DNA from: Williopsis jadinii
Taxonomy: Eukaryota
DNA length: 64,000 nucleotides
Assembly: GCA_024346625.1 (NCBI GenBank)
Contig: AP024667.1
Span: 620,001-684,000, forward strand
Reading direction: 5' to 3'
The notes beneath the pieces were generated by a model. It ran no database searches, was not told where the DNA came from, and worked only from the letters and a program-made list of their open reading frames with translations. Every line of letters begins with the position of its first letter. Position 1 is the stretch's first letter. A program made the position numbers and the translations under genes. Shown one piece after another: positions 1-11,064 of this stretch.

Positions 1-3000
1 AAACTCCAGGCATACATCAGCTTCAACAATATCGAATGATTCAACGTCTCTTGTCACCAAACACCTTGGATCCACTGCCATGGCCCAGAAATGGCGTAAA
101 GCTTGTAAATGCGTCTCGTTAACACCACCTTCTGTATTTGGAAAGATTGGATAGATCGAAGTGACCAATGCCGCAATGCTGAAGTTTGACAAAGTATTTA
201 TGGCGTATTGACCACCACCCAAAAAGAGAAATCCAAGAGCCATGTTAATGGCCATAAACTTCCCATATGCAATAGCCCCACTCAAATTGTTTAGCTTACC
301 ATGAACGATTCTAAGTCTTCTAAAAACGTCAAGATCACCAGTACCTGACATCACCAACGACATAGCAATGGCGAGACACCCCTGCACGTGCTGCAAAACA
401 GGTCTTGCAAATATGGCTTCAAAGGATTCATCTCCATGCAAATCATCAATCTTTTTGGTAATATCGTCATAGAAATGGATGATTGTGTCCCTTGCTATTA
501 AATTAGACGTGGATGCGTATTTGACACCAACAGATAAGCAAACACCAGCAACGATGTAGTAGTAATCTGACTGATCGATCAAATCGACACTTGAACGTCG
601 TTTGCTCAAAACCACAGCAGGTATTTGGGATTTAACCCAATCTTCAGTGTCCCCAATATCATTCCACATAATTAAGTTTGTAGCCAAAGCACGTAAGATA
701 AGTAAATCAGGTCTCTCGTAATCTAGAACCTGTTCAGTTTCAGGAACTGCCAACTTTTTAACAATTTCTTTATCATGGCTTTTCAAATAGATGAACATTA
801 ACGCTATTAAAGCACCCCCAATAGATTTATCGTAAGCCTCAGAGCTCTGGACATCTCTTAAAGAAGTTGTAATTTCGAGTAGGTGGTCGATAACACGAGT
901 ATCTTTGAGATTTTTGAGTTCATTGGCCTTACCCAAGTTCACATACCCAAGGGCAATTCCTGCAGATAACCTATAGCTCTCATCAGAAAGTGTCTTGCCC
1001 TCAACATGAACCTTCCCATTAACTTGAGATAAAAGAATCTCAGTCATTCTTCTATGTTGCGTTTCGAGGTACAACAATCCTATACCAATTAAGCCTGCAG
1101 ATTGGACAGAACTTCCAACAATGAGATCACTAGCACCCTGCGGTAGCAGTGCATCTAAATGAACACTTAAAACCTTTGTTAACTTGGTATCCATAGTTCT
1201 CTTTAAACTGGCACTCATACCTAAAAGAAGACCAATACTTGTATATGAATGCTTCGGTCCCAAATAGTTAAAGATATTCCACTCCTCTAGCGACTTCAAA
1301 TGTCCGTTCAATCCTAATCCTAAAAGGAAGCCAGCGTGTTGCGCTGTTAGGGATTTATTCCTGTTGAATGTGATCCAGCTTCCAGTGATTCCTTTTGCAT
1401 CTTTTGAAACTGTCAATCCACCAGCTGCCCCATTATGAAAATATGCCCACTCCAAAGACACTTTATCTAAAGAGTCCTTGTCAGTAGTTATCGTGATATC
1501 ATCCGGGTAAATGGTTGTTGCAAAGTTCATCTTCCAGAATGGAAAAATTTCTGTAGTTAGAGGACTTTTCATGGAATAGAATACAATAGATTTTCCTATT
1601 GATAGAGTCAAAAGCCTCACAGTAGCATAATGAGCAACTTCTTTCTGATATTCAAGAAGCTCTTTGTCTGATGCAGCTGTATTTTGAGTACTTGTTACTC
1701 GTTGTACCTGGGAACTTTCTAAAATCTTCGTCATTTCCCAAAATCTTCTATCACTTTTGAAGATAGTACGTGTTATATCCAATCGATCTTGTTCAATAGG
1801 AGCTATGTGATCAGGGGATTTCCATATGGTGTTTACAATCTGGCTGGTGTCCTTTGCTTGAATATGCGAGTTAGCACTGTATTTGTGAATCCGTTTGTGC
1901 TGATGGGATCTTATAACCTCCAAATCTTTTCTATCAAGCAAGCCAAAGACGCCTGGTGATTGATCCATGGAGGCCAAATGTTCTTGACAGTAAGATGTCA
2001 CCTCCTTTAAAGGAATAACGATACCAATTGGGAATGTTTCTAAAACTTCCAAGGATATTTTCAATTCACCAAGCATACGCACAATATCCAGAGGAGAAAA
2101 TTCGGATGATATAAGAGCCTCGAATAGTCGTAGAACTGCATAAGTTCTAGAGGTGACTGTTGCATCAACCTCCTCATCTTCTTGTGCAAGCTGTGAAAAC
2201 GTACAAAACGGAACGATCTGAGAATCAAATAAAGAAGTCAGCGAGCGTAATAAATCTGGTGGCTCATCAAGAAGAGGGGGTGATGGAAACCTGAGTGAGT
2301 TATCCAACAAAGATTCATCAACGTTGTAGGCCGATTTCCACGTAGATGGCCAGGACATCCAATGAGAGAGCTGAGCAAGCAAGAACCCCAATTTATCTAC
2401 TGAGTCATTCTCAAGAATGTCGAGTTTGAGATCTTCACGTATCAAGTGAAGTGCGGTCACAATATTAGGAGCCATTTCATACAATGCAAACCCGTCTCCA
2501 ATAGCTCTCATTTGAAGCGGCACTATCTTAGCCAAGAGAGAAGATACGAGATTCGGAGAGCTAACTGAAGTAGGTTTCACTGCAAACGGTAATATAGTAA
2601 CCAAAACTGTTAGAACGAAAGCTGACCATTCATCTGAATCAATTGAACATGCGTTGAGGAATGTAAGCCAAATGTAGTTGAACGTATATGAGTTTGTGAT
2701 ATATTTCAAGCATGATAGACATCTCTTGACAAGAACAGACTTGGGGTTTATTGGTAGGTATGATAAACCATAACAGCAATTCGAATCTTTCAAAATCACC
2801 GTTGAGCCATTGGCATCACAAATCTCATCAACATGGAATGATGTTGTAAAAAGCGAAGTGGACAATTGTAATGCTGGGTTGCATAGTACAAAATCGTTGG
2901 ACTTTGATAAAAAAATGCACATACCAGGTGTCGAAGAGCATACCCCAAAGTCAACGTACTGACCTGAAAGGTCAATTGTTTTAACTAATCTTGGGAAAGG

Positions 3001-3987
3001 GTTAACAGACTTTGATACATGAAAGATGAAACATTGAAAGAATCCAGTGAGTTGGTCACGGATTATAACACTCTCTTTGTCGTCAAACACCACAGATTGT
3101 ATTTTGATTTGATCTGAATCAGATTTGAACTGAAGAGTTTCCAGCTTTGACAATATTGCGTCCTTCTTCACCATGACATCAAGAGGCGTTGTAGTCGACA
3201 TGGTTTCTGCTGTTTTCATGTTTGTATCATACGAGGCCATCCTATCAATAGCCATATTTTCCGCTTGGGATACATTTCTTCTTTTTTCCATCATTATACC
3301 ATTGTCAAAGTTTCCTTCGCCTTGATCATTAGTAGAAGAAGAATGTGAAGATATTCTAAACGATTGCGAGGGCACACGCTTTTTGGATGCAACAGGATTG
3401 TGGGAAATGCTCTTGCTGGATCTATTGAGGAATCTTGTGTGATAGAGTGAAATTGTTTGTTCATACTTATCACGAGTGACAGCTATTGTGGAGTCAGACC
3501 TTTGGGGGAAAAGAAGTAGGCGTTCTGTCGATGCAATCAACGATGTTGATGACGAAACAATGGCACCAGGGTCACTCATCGGATCTGTAACTGCCAAGAA
3601 GCAGGAGCCTGATCCAGGACAACGATCTATCACAAAACCACCTTCAAATGGGTATGCATTTGTGATTTGATATGAGAAGCTCATCGTATGCTTCTGACCA
3701 TCAGCGTAGTAAATATGAGCAGCATTCTCTAACACAACGACGAGTTTTCTATCATCAGACGACTCCACAGAGAAACTTGTGAAGAATGCGTTAATAACCA
3801 CCTCATCATAATGGAAATATCTGTCAAGGAACAAGCCCTTTAGCCAGTAGACACTGTGCTCAGATATCCAGAGTATTTCATCGCTAGAACAAATGGCGAT
3901 CTTTTTGGCCGCATCAAACGTCTTTTGGAGTGTACTTTTCTCCCAGTGTATTTTCCTCACTTTGAGAGGAATCTTCAACGACTCCAT
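1..3987 (-). CDS. APC1: Anaphase-promoting complex subunit 1 (3' end beyond window)
   Basis: Read manually at both ends in one frame: ATG at 3987 (MESLKIPLKVRK...), and near the window edge the Apc1 motif ETHLQALRHFWAMAVDPRCLV; absent from the ORF track because no stop is in the window. Confidence 0.92.
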   Translation of the reverse strand, partial: MESLKIPLKVRKIHWEKSTLQKTFDAAKKIAICSSDEILWISEHSVYWLKGLFLDRYFHYDEVVINAFFTSFSVESSDDRKLVVVLENAAHIYYADGQKHTMSFSYQITNAYPFEGGFVIDRCPGSGSCFLAVTDPMSDPGAIVSSSTSLIASTERLLLFPQRSDSTIAVTRDKYEQTISLYHTRFLNRSSKSISHNPVASKKRVPSQSFRISSHSSSTNDQGEGNFDNGIMMEKRRNVSQAENMAIDRMASYDTNMKTAETMSTTTPLDVMVKKDAILSKLETLQFKSDSDQIKIQSVVFDDKESVIIRDQLTGFFQCFIFHVSKSVNPFPRLVKTIDLSGQYVDFGVCSSTPGMCIFLSKSNDFVLCNPALQLSTSLFTTSFHVDEICDANGSTVILKDSNCCYGLSYLPINPKSVLVKRCLSCLKYITNSYTFNYIWLTFLNACSIDSDEWSAFVLTVLVTILPFAVKPTSVSSPNLVSSLLAKIVPLQMRAIGDGFALYEMAPNIVTALHLIREDLKLDILENDSVDKLGFLLAQLSHWMSWPSTWKSAYNVDESLLDNSLRFPSPPLLDEPPDLLRSLTSLFDSQIVPFCTFSQLAQEDEEVDATVTSRTYAVLRLFEALISSEFSPLDIVRMLGELKISLEVLETFPIGIVIPLKEVTSYCQEHLASMDQSPGVFGLLDRKDLEVIRSHQHKRIHKYSANSHIQAKDTSQIVNTIWKSPDHIAPIEQDRLDITRTIFKSDRRFWEMTKILESSQVQRVTSTQNTAASDKELLEYQKEVAHYATVRLLTLSIGKSIVFYSMKSPLTTEIFPFWKMNFATTIYPDDITITTDKDSLDKVSLEWAYFHNGAAGGLTVSKDAKGITGSWITFNRNKSLTAQHAGFLLGLGLNGHLKSLEEWNIFNYLGPKHSYTSIGLLLGMSASLKRTMDTKLTKVLSVHLDALLPQGASDLIVGSSVQSAGLIGIGLLYLETQHRRMTEILLSQVNGKVHVEGKTLSDESYRLSAGIALGYVNLGKANELKNLKDTRVIDHLLEITTSLRDVQSSEAYDKSIGGALIALMFIYLKSHDKEIVKKLAVPETEQVLDYERPDLLILRALATNLIMWNDIGDTEDWVKSQIPAVVLSKRRSSVDLIDQSDYYYIVAGVCLSVGVKYASTSNLIARDTIIHFYDDITKKIDDLHGDESFEAIFARPVLQHVQGCLAIAMSLVMSGTGDLDVFRRLRIVHGKLNNLSGAIAYGKFMAINMALGFLFLGGGQYAINTLSNFSIAALVTSIYPIFPNTEGGVNETHLQALRHFWAMAVDPRCLVTRDVESFDIVEADVCLEF

Positions 3988-4095
3988 CAGTGCTTTTATC
4001 CCAATACGACCAAGCGCCGTGCTATCGAATGCTCGTTACACGCAATCTTTAGATGTTTGAAGTTTTCCAAAATGTAAACAAATCGTTGATGAAGT

Positions 4096-4107
4096 GCGCG
4101 CGCGCGC
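4096..4107. repeat. (GC)6 dinucleotide run in APC1 promoter
   Basis: GCGCGCGCGCGC seen directly; contains CGCG cores typical of Rsc3-type sites. Confidence 0.6.
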
Positions 4108-4307
4108 CAGCCAGTGATACGAAGAGAATCGCAGTTCCAAAAGACACACGCTCTCTCACAACTGTGGATAAGCACAGGATTTCATTGAGATGTATGAGAT
4201 ATGGCTCAGCCTTTCTGTTAATAGACAGTGATAATAATAAGTCACTATTATTGTACAATATTTTCGCATAGCAGTGGTGACTTGAGGTTGATTCCATCAG
4301 ATTTTGA

Positions 4308-4316
4308 TCACGTGAC
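4308..4316 (-). promoter_or_regulatory. Cbf1-type E-box (GTCACGTGA)
   Basis: Exact RTCACGTG consensus between the tRNA 3' end and APC1; function inferred. Confidence 0.45.
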
Positions 4317-4344
4317 AATATAAATCAGATTTATGAAAAAAATA

Positions 4345-4416
4345 GGGCCGAGCAGGGAATTGAACCCTGGACCACTCACACCCAAAGCGAGTATCATACC
4401 ACTAGACCACGCGGCC
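4345..4416 (-). tRNA. tRNA-Pro(UGG), intronless
   Basis: 72 nt GGCCGCGTGGTCTAGTGG...CTCGC-TTTGGGT-GTGAG...GGTTCAATTCC...CGGCCC; cloverleaf with A/B boxes, followed by a T7 Pol III terminator. Confidence 0.97.
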
Positions 4417-4939
4417 GAATTTACAAAAATGTTAAAATCAGTGATACCCTTATACTGTACGGCTATATAACTTTCTGTTCTATAAAGTCAATTGGAATGG
4501 ATCCTATATTTCTTTCGCAGTGGCGGGCTCAACGCTGAAAAGAGCCCAGAGTCCTGATTGCAGACCAAGAGGTGCACATTTCCATTGGTTCGATGATAGC
4601 AGGACACTAACTCAACAAGAGAACCACTCTGTGAAGTCTTATTCCAAAGACAAGTACCAGTGAAGCCATCCCTTTCCAAAAGTGCACTGATGGTTACGGA
4701 ACCCTAGAAAAGGAAATGTATAGAGCTGGTTAAGACTAGGACTTACAGTGCTATTAGATACTCACAATCTTTGTATTAGAGCCTGAACCAAAGAAGTAAT
4801 GGAGTAAAGATTTTCGCTCCTGTAAAACAGGCCCTACCAGCATCAACGTACTAATCCCGGAACATAATGACTCAATACTTATAGGAATTGAAGCTCATCT
4901 TATAAGTATACCGCATATAGCGTACTCGTTTTGGCAGTG

Positions 4940-5548
4940 CTATGTGATATCTGCTTTAACGTTTATTCTCCAGTCTTTGTCAACAGTCGGTAGCTGTTCC
5001 TGAACGTTGGCGTTCGAATCATTTACAAAAGCGGGATCTAACTCAAAGCTCACAACGTCGCTCTTCATGCCAAACGCCAATTCATCTGGGAAAGCTATAA
5101 ATGACATTCGATTGGATGCTAGTTGTCCTGGCCCAGTAGCTAGATTACCAGGTATTAGACGAGGTTTGGTCTCTGTCTTCATATTACCCACAGTTGTCAG
5201 ATATTGGGATCCGTTCGGTTCCTGCGCTTGAAAGCTTCCAGAATCATCTCTAGATGCACCCAGGGTATTATGACTCGATTTGGTAAAAGTTCTCACAACA
5301 AAAGCAGGCGAATGGGTGTCCTTACACCTACAACGGTTAGACTCTACCGAGAAGTCATGCAACGGATGAGCAGAGCATTGTGTCCGATGGCGATCGTTGT
5401 ACCTGCTTCTTTGTTTATCTCGTCCCGTCAATTCTTCTCTTTTTGCTATATCAACCTCTGTATTGGGGTCCAACACAACCACGCTGTTCCCGATGTCGCG
5501 TGTGGGATCAACTCCCAAATCTCGGTGAAACAACAACTCGTCTTCCAT
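4940..5548 (-). CDS. Orphan hypothetical protein (202 aa from ATG 5548; alternative ATG 5770)
   Basis: Frame is open for about 298 codons (5833 to 4940); ATG 5548 context acaATGG; no recognisable domain. Confidence 0.4.
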   Translation of the reverse strand: MEDELLFHRDLGVDPTRDIGNSVVVLDPNTEVDIAKREELTGRDKQRSRYNDRHRTQCSAHPLHDFSVESNRCRCKDTHSPAFVVRTFTKSSHNTLGASRDDSGSFQAQEPNGSQYLTTVGNMKTETKPRLIPGNLATGPGQLASNRMSFIAFPDELAFGMKSDVVSFELDPAFVNDSNANVQEQLPTVDKDWRINVKADIT

Positions 5549-8516
5549 TGTATCGATGTGCAGTAAAGTAGAAACGATCTTTGGCACGCTTTTGATGGAC
5601 AATCTGTAGATATCGGGCCTCACACTCTGAGCACTAGCAAAACCGTTCACGGTCAGCACAACAGCGTTCAGCGAGAGCAACCCAGACACCTGGGTGTGAG
5701 TACAGGCCTGAGCTCTACTGAGACATATGCACTGTGGACATGAAAAGATGCACCTGTTCAAAATGATCATCTTCGACACGCCAATGCTAGCAAGCGATAG
5801 AAATTGGCAAACTTGAGCAACCTCGATAACGTCTCAGAGGGCTTTGCTCGGTGATTAGTGGCGACTCCGTATCGTCGTTTTCTTCTTTTGCGGTCTTAGC
5901 CACAGACACACAAAGCTTTGTGTTGTCGAATCCAACAAACGACGATCTGCGTGCATTAAACCCTAACCCCGCAAATGTTGTACACACTCTCATAAGTCAT
6001 CATGAAGAGAGAAACCCCCTCTATTTATCCGTTATTTTAGGCCTAGAGCTAGCCAGAGCCTTTAGAACAGAGCCATTCCGATGAAATTTGCGTCCCGAAG
6101 ACCCGAAAGATGGTTTCTGTGATGCATGGGCCTTGTATTTTTGATACACACTGGCTTTCGTTTCCATTGAGCCAACAGAGCCTTGACCATGGTGGGGATT
6201 GTTGCAATCAAGCGTCCTGAGTCCGACAGCGTCTCCATAGTCACTGGCAGTCACTGTTAGCGAAAGCAGTAAACATACCATGCATTGGTTTCAGCAAAGA
6301 GAGTGCTTTGCTCACTATGGGGTAAAACAGTGCTCTAGAGAATCTTAACACCGAGCGAGAATTGCAACTTAGTTGCACGTATGGGTTGTCTAACAAGTGC
6401 TTGTGATCATCTCATATGTTCCAATGTTCAGGTTCTTCAGGACAAGGACGGCAGGAATGTGACCACATATACTTCGAACCAAAGCACCTGATGAGGAGCA
6501 AACTACGTTTGAAAACGGCATCACTATGAATTAGTTCAACCTCTCTCTCATCATCATGCATCACGAGCAATCTGTCAAAAACAAGATCTGTCGGCGATAC
6601 AACTTGGACACTCTCCAAACCAGCGAGCAGAATTCAACCACACCATTGGCAATGATCAATGTGGGGAAGTACTGGATATATGTGTACAAGCTTAACTTCA
6701 ATACCCCTTTATGGATACATATGTGCCCGTCAACACGACGCAGCTTATACGCTTTCGGATTTCTTCGAGCTCAAGACATGCACTAAGTCAAGTTAGATAT
6801 CTGAGATCCCAACAAAAAGTTCTAAGCCCTCATATCTTGGACGCTGTTAACAAATACGAACTTCAGCAATGAGTTCACATGTTCTATGTACCGTGTAGCA
6901 ACCGTTTAGGGTGGTCTTACTTCTGACTTTGGCGTGGGGAGCCGAATCCTGGGTGTTGAAGCTTCTGGTGACATTTTTCACACGCATTCGCAGTTAAGAA
7001 CATCGGGATCGCGGTTCTGCAAAGTGTGCGTTGTGTTACACTCGAGTACTGGTCCAAGGTGTTTAGATACAACAAAATACATGCTCGAAACGTAGAGGCT
7101 GTGTCATTCTTCAACTGAAACAACTTTCGGTATGTGTGATTCGAAGCCATGGTGTAAATTATGTTGCCTTACAAACAGACGTCCTATCACGGCCATGTCT
7201 AACCACACAATGCACAGATTCTCATATTGGAGGCTCAAGCTGGAATCTCATCAGACACTAATACGAGCGTATTACCTTTCAAGGTTCCACTTTAGACACT
7301 TCTCCATAGCCGTATATCTACAGGTGTTTAACGGCAGAAACTCTCTGTGACTTCACAAGCTGGCGAGTTACAGCCCAATTAAAGGGGAAGTTACGGATTC
7401 CTTCTTTTCCACCCCGGACGCCTACGTCTCAGCACCGTGCTTGTAAATTCCAGGACTCCACGAACACTATTTTTGTCCCTCATACATCTCACCACCAAAG
7501 AATTGTGAGAGCTGATCAGTGGTGCTGCAGTTGACATCGCAGATCATGAGATAATTCGTCAATTGAACTTATCATGTGCAACCCAATGATTGGAGTTGAT
7601 GCTGGTCAAGTTGATTGTCTGACGTCCACCAGCGTAGCCCTGTCGCACACCAACAACCTCACCAGCGACGAGTTAGGAAACCAGGGTGTCTGAGCACCCG
7701 AATGCCACCACCCGTTCCACAAATCACTCCCGGCCTCAGATGCTCACCTCCAACGCTCATGCATCCAGATGAGCCTCTTCTCCTGAGTCCTAAAACCGCA
7801 TGGAACGAGTTCAATATTTGAAGCGTCGCAAGGGAGAAACAAGCTTGCACTTAAAACCGAAGCCCAAGCGTGCTGAAACCAAACTCACAATAGGCGGGGT
7901 TTCTCCGCCGGTGGGCCTTAACAGCGGCCACCTGGGAATAGTCCTCGCTGTTAAGATCACACAGGCTTGTTCTTAACACCTATGACCACCTCTCCAGTTT
8001 CTGCGCTTCTTCTCCACGACCAACCCTGCCAAAACCGTTAAACCACCATTCTGTATGGCTAACACAGGCATTGGCTACTCGTGACTCCGAGCTTTTTAGC
8101 CTCGTTCTCCATGGAAGCAGCACCCTGTGGTAGCCGGTTTGATTGTTGGAGCCAAACTCCGACGGTCATTAGGAAGAAAATTTTCGTTTCTTTTTAAGGT
8201 CCTGGAGGCGCATGAAACGCACCAGATGCGCACAATGCATAGCCAGTAATGTGTCGTGAGAGAGGAATCACACACCGGGAGAGAGAGAAAAAAGTTGTAA
8301 AAAGCAGTTTTAAAGATCAAATTTGATATAAGAGGTGTGCACTTTCTACTCATCCGGTTGTCCTGCCATCACACGTCGATTGTTTTTTTGTTGAGCTGCT
8401 GTGAATACCCCTCCATCTTCGAAGCAATATAAAGCACCTCGACTCCGGCAATATCACGTTATCGCTGTTGTGACTCGCCGTCGTTCCACACTGCTTTAGA
8501 ACATTACAACCACGAG

Positions 8517-10991
8517 ATGTCAGCGTTATACCAAGTGAGCCCTTCTGGCACGTCTTCGCCCAACTCGAGCGCACCTCCAGCGAAGTTCCGCAACCCACAC
8601 GATAAGAAAGGCCGGTCAACGAGCTGTCTGCTGTGTCAGAAGCGTAAGCAGAAGTGTGACCACAGGCTGCCATCGTGTACTACGTGTATCAAAGCAGGTG
8701 TTGAATGTGTCCAGCCTGCGAAGTACGCTGTAAAGGCGCCAGAGAAGGATGAATACACCACGATGCTCGAGAAGAAAGTCAAGTTCTTGGAGAAACTGCT
8801 CGATGCAAACAACATCGTCATTGACCCTGAAGGAGGTAACACGAAGAGAAGCTTCAAGTATAAGAAACTGAGCCCATTCTTGGCCGAAGACTCACAGATA
8901 GAGCAGTTCGAACAGGCTCAACGGCTCATGGCTCGCCAGCAAAACCTCCCGCAGATGAACAAGATCATACCTATCCCCACCAACAGACAACTGCCATATG
9001 TCGACTCAATGGGGGGTAAGAACCCATACTTTTCGATTGACTCGATTGACGTCTCCAATTCTCTGTTGGACAAGTATAATTTGAGAGAATTCCTCGCCTT
9101 CGACCCGGTGTTTGAGTTCGATGAGAAAGTATCCAGAGCGTTTTTGGACATCCATTTCTCAAGATTGCAGTTCAAGTATCCGTTGCTAGACGAGGATGAG
9201 ATCTTTGAGTTCCACAACGCCTATGTGACAAACAACCTGACAGGATACATGAACAACAATGACTTCTTCTACTACTGCTGCTCAAGAATGTGGCTGATAT
9301 TTGCCATTTCCTCTTGTCTTCATATGTCAACGGGAAAGTATACCGGTCCTCCACCAGAGCGTTACTTCTCAACTTCTATGCGTCATCTGGCAAAATGCAG
9401 AACAATGTCCAAGCTACACGAGGTTGAGATCTTAACGCTCATAGTTCTCTACCTCATCAGAACGGACAGGGATTCGTCGTGCCTTTATGACATTATCAAG
9501 GACTCCATGGCGATCTGTGTGAGCTTGAAGCTGAACAAGTCTGTGACATACATTGGGCTTCCACCTCGTGAGAAGATGAAAAAGATGAGAACATGGTGGT
9601 GTGTGTACCTTTTGGAGAGAATGATCTCCATCGCCGTTGGAAAGCCGTACACTATCTCTGAGAGAATAGTGGACATTGATATTCCATTGTTTGTTACAGA
9701 ACCAAGCAAGGTGGTGCACTCGTCTAGCCCTAGTGTCATCTTCATCAACCAGTCCATTGCTCTACGTCGTATTGAATCGAGATTCGTCGAGGAGCTGAAC
9801 ATTCTTGCCTGTATTGATCCACAGAACGTCAAGCCTCAACAGCTGCCTCTTGTTGAACGTTACTTTCAAGAATTGGAGGTATGGAGAGGACTCTGTTCTG
9901 GGTTTGGAAGTGGTATCCATAATGAGACCCTGAGACTGTACTACTATCGTTCAGTAAGACTGTTGATACAACCATTCCTGGAGCTCATGGACCCGATGGA
10001 CAAGCTCTTCAGAGAGTGCCAGGCAGCTGCTGGTCAGATTTGCCAACTCTTCAAAGTTTTCCATCAGAAGACGGTCTTTGGTCACTCCACAACAGCTATT
10101 CACACGGTGTTTGTTGCCGGTGTCACGTTAATCTACTGCTTATGGCTTGCGAGAAACAAGGACGACATGAACAGACGGGCCCTTGGTGATGTATCGAAGC
10201 ATACGAGACCTGCTGTTTCAGAGTCTCTCTTCTCCGGGCTGAACGATCTTAGAGCATGCTCAATATGTCTGTATGTGATGGCTGAACGGTCAAAATTTGC
10301 TCTGACATTCAGAGACACGTTTGATCAATTGATGGGTGCTACAATTGGTAATCTCATCAAACGTTGTGGTCCAGACTCTTCAGAAATCATCTACAACAAC
10401 CAGCCTGGCATGCCACCAGCAATTGTTCGTCGCTTCCAACCGATTTCTAGTGGCTTTGGCGTTGAATCTACACAGCATACTGATGAGGAACGCTTTGAAC
10501 AGGCTGAGCGGAGACGTAAGCAAGGTCAATTGCAGAAGAGCGTGGTGCCAAAGTCGCTTTCACATCTTTTGATTGTTGAATCACCACAGCAGATGGAATC
10601 CGACCTCAACGTGTTGAAGAGAAACCTGCCTGACTCTTCACCAACTTCTGCATTCCCAGATGTCACACTTGCGTACCCAACTGCCACGGCAGCTCACTCC
10701 ACTTCAGCGTCGTCTGTCTCATCAACTTCTACGCCCCAAGGTTATCCAGCATCATTGCCAGCAGAGTATACGCCGTTTAACGGTGGTGCAAACACCATGA
10801 TTAACAACATCAGTGCGTGGTCAGGAGAAAGCGGTGTACCAATTACAACTTCTTTGTTTGAGAAGCAAGCGGACACATCAAGAGCCGGGCCAGCTGTGGT
10901 CCATGAACCTGTGAACAAAGGCAATTATCTCTGGAACGTTCCAGTGGACGACTTCTGGACACATGCTGATGAATATGGGCTCCCTACATGA
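8517..10991 (+). CDS. Zn(II)2Cys6 transcription factor with fungal TF middle domain (Ppr1/Stb5-like)
   Basis: CLLCQKRKQKCDHRLPSCTTCIKAGVEC binuclear cluster; RTWWCVYLLERMISIAVGKP middle-homology motif. Confidence 0.93.
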   Translation: MSALYQVSPSGTSSPNSSAPPAKFRNPHDKKGRSTSCLLCQKRKQKCDHRLPSCTTCIKAGVECVQPAKYAVKAPEKDEYTTMLEKKVKFLEKLLDANNIVIDPEGGNTKRSFKYKKLSPFLAEDSQIEQFEQAQRLMARQQNLPQMNKIIPIPTNRQLPYVDSMGGKNPYFSIDSIDVSNSLLDKYNLREFLAFDPVFEFDEKVSRAFLDIHFSRLQFKYPLLDEDEIFEFHNAYVTNNLTGYMNNNDFFYYCCSRMWLIFAISSCLHMSTGKYTGPPPERYFSTSMRHLAKCRTMSKLHEVEILTLIVLYLIRTDRDSSCLYDIIKDSMAICVSLKLNKSVTYIGLPPREKMKKMRTWWCVYLLERMISIAVGKPYTISERIVDIDIPLFVTEPSKVVHSSSPSVIFINQSIALRRIESRFVEELNILACIDPQNVKPQQLPLVERYFQELEVWRGLCSGFGSGIHNETLRLYYYRSVRLLIQPFLELMDPMDKLFRECQAAAGQICQLFKVFHQKTVFGHSTTAIHTVFVAGVTLIYCLWLARNKDDMNRRALGDVSKHTRPAVSESLFSGLNDLRACSICLYVMAERSKFALTFRDTFDQLMGATIGNLIKRCGPDSSEIIYNNQPGMPPAIVRRFQPISSGFGVESTQHTDEERFEQAERRRKQGQLQKSVVPKSLSHLLIVESPQQMESDLNVLKRNLPDSSPTSAFPDVTLAYPTATAAHSTSASSVSSTSTPQGYPASLPAEYTPFNGGANTMINNISAWSGESGVPITTSLFEKQADTSRAGPAVVHEPVNKGNYLWNVPVDDFWTHADEYGLPT

Positions 10992-11064
10992 TCTTTTATA
11001 TCTAATCTTATGCGTCTACGAATATTCTATGATTTTGATAACATGTAAAGGCAGAAATAGTAGT

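Noticed and set aside
4417..4940. Possible solo LTR upstream of the tRNA (TGTTA at 4430)
   Set aside because: No matching CA end with target-site duplication, and no gag/pol motifs nearby
5959..5969. AACCCTAACCC, a TTAGGG-type template or Tbf1-like site
   Set aside because: Single short match with no independent support; could be chance
6300..8100. Short ORF fragments resembling a decayed gene
   Set aside because: No recognisable motif or consistent frame
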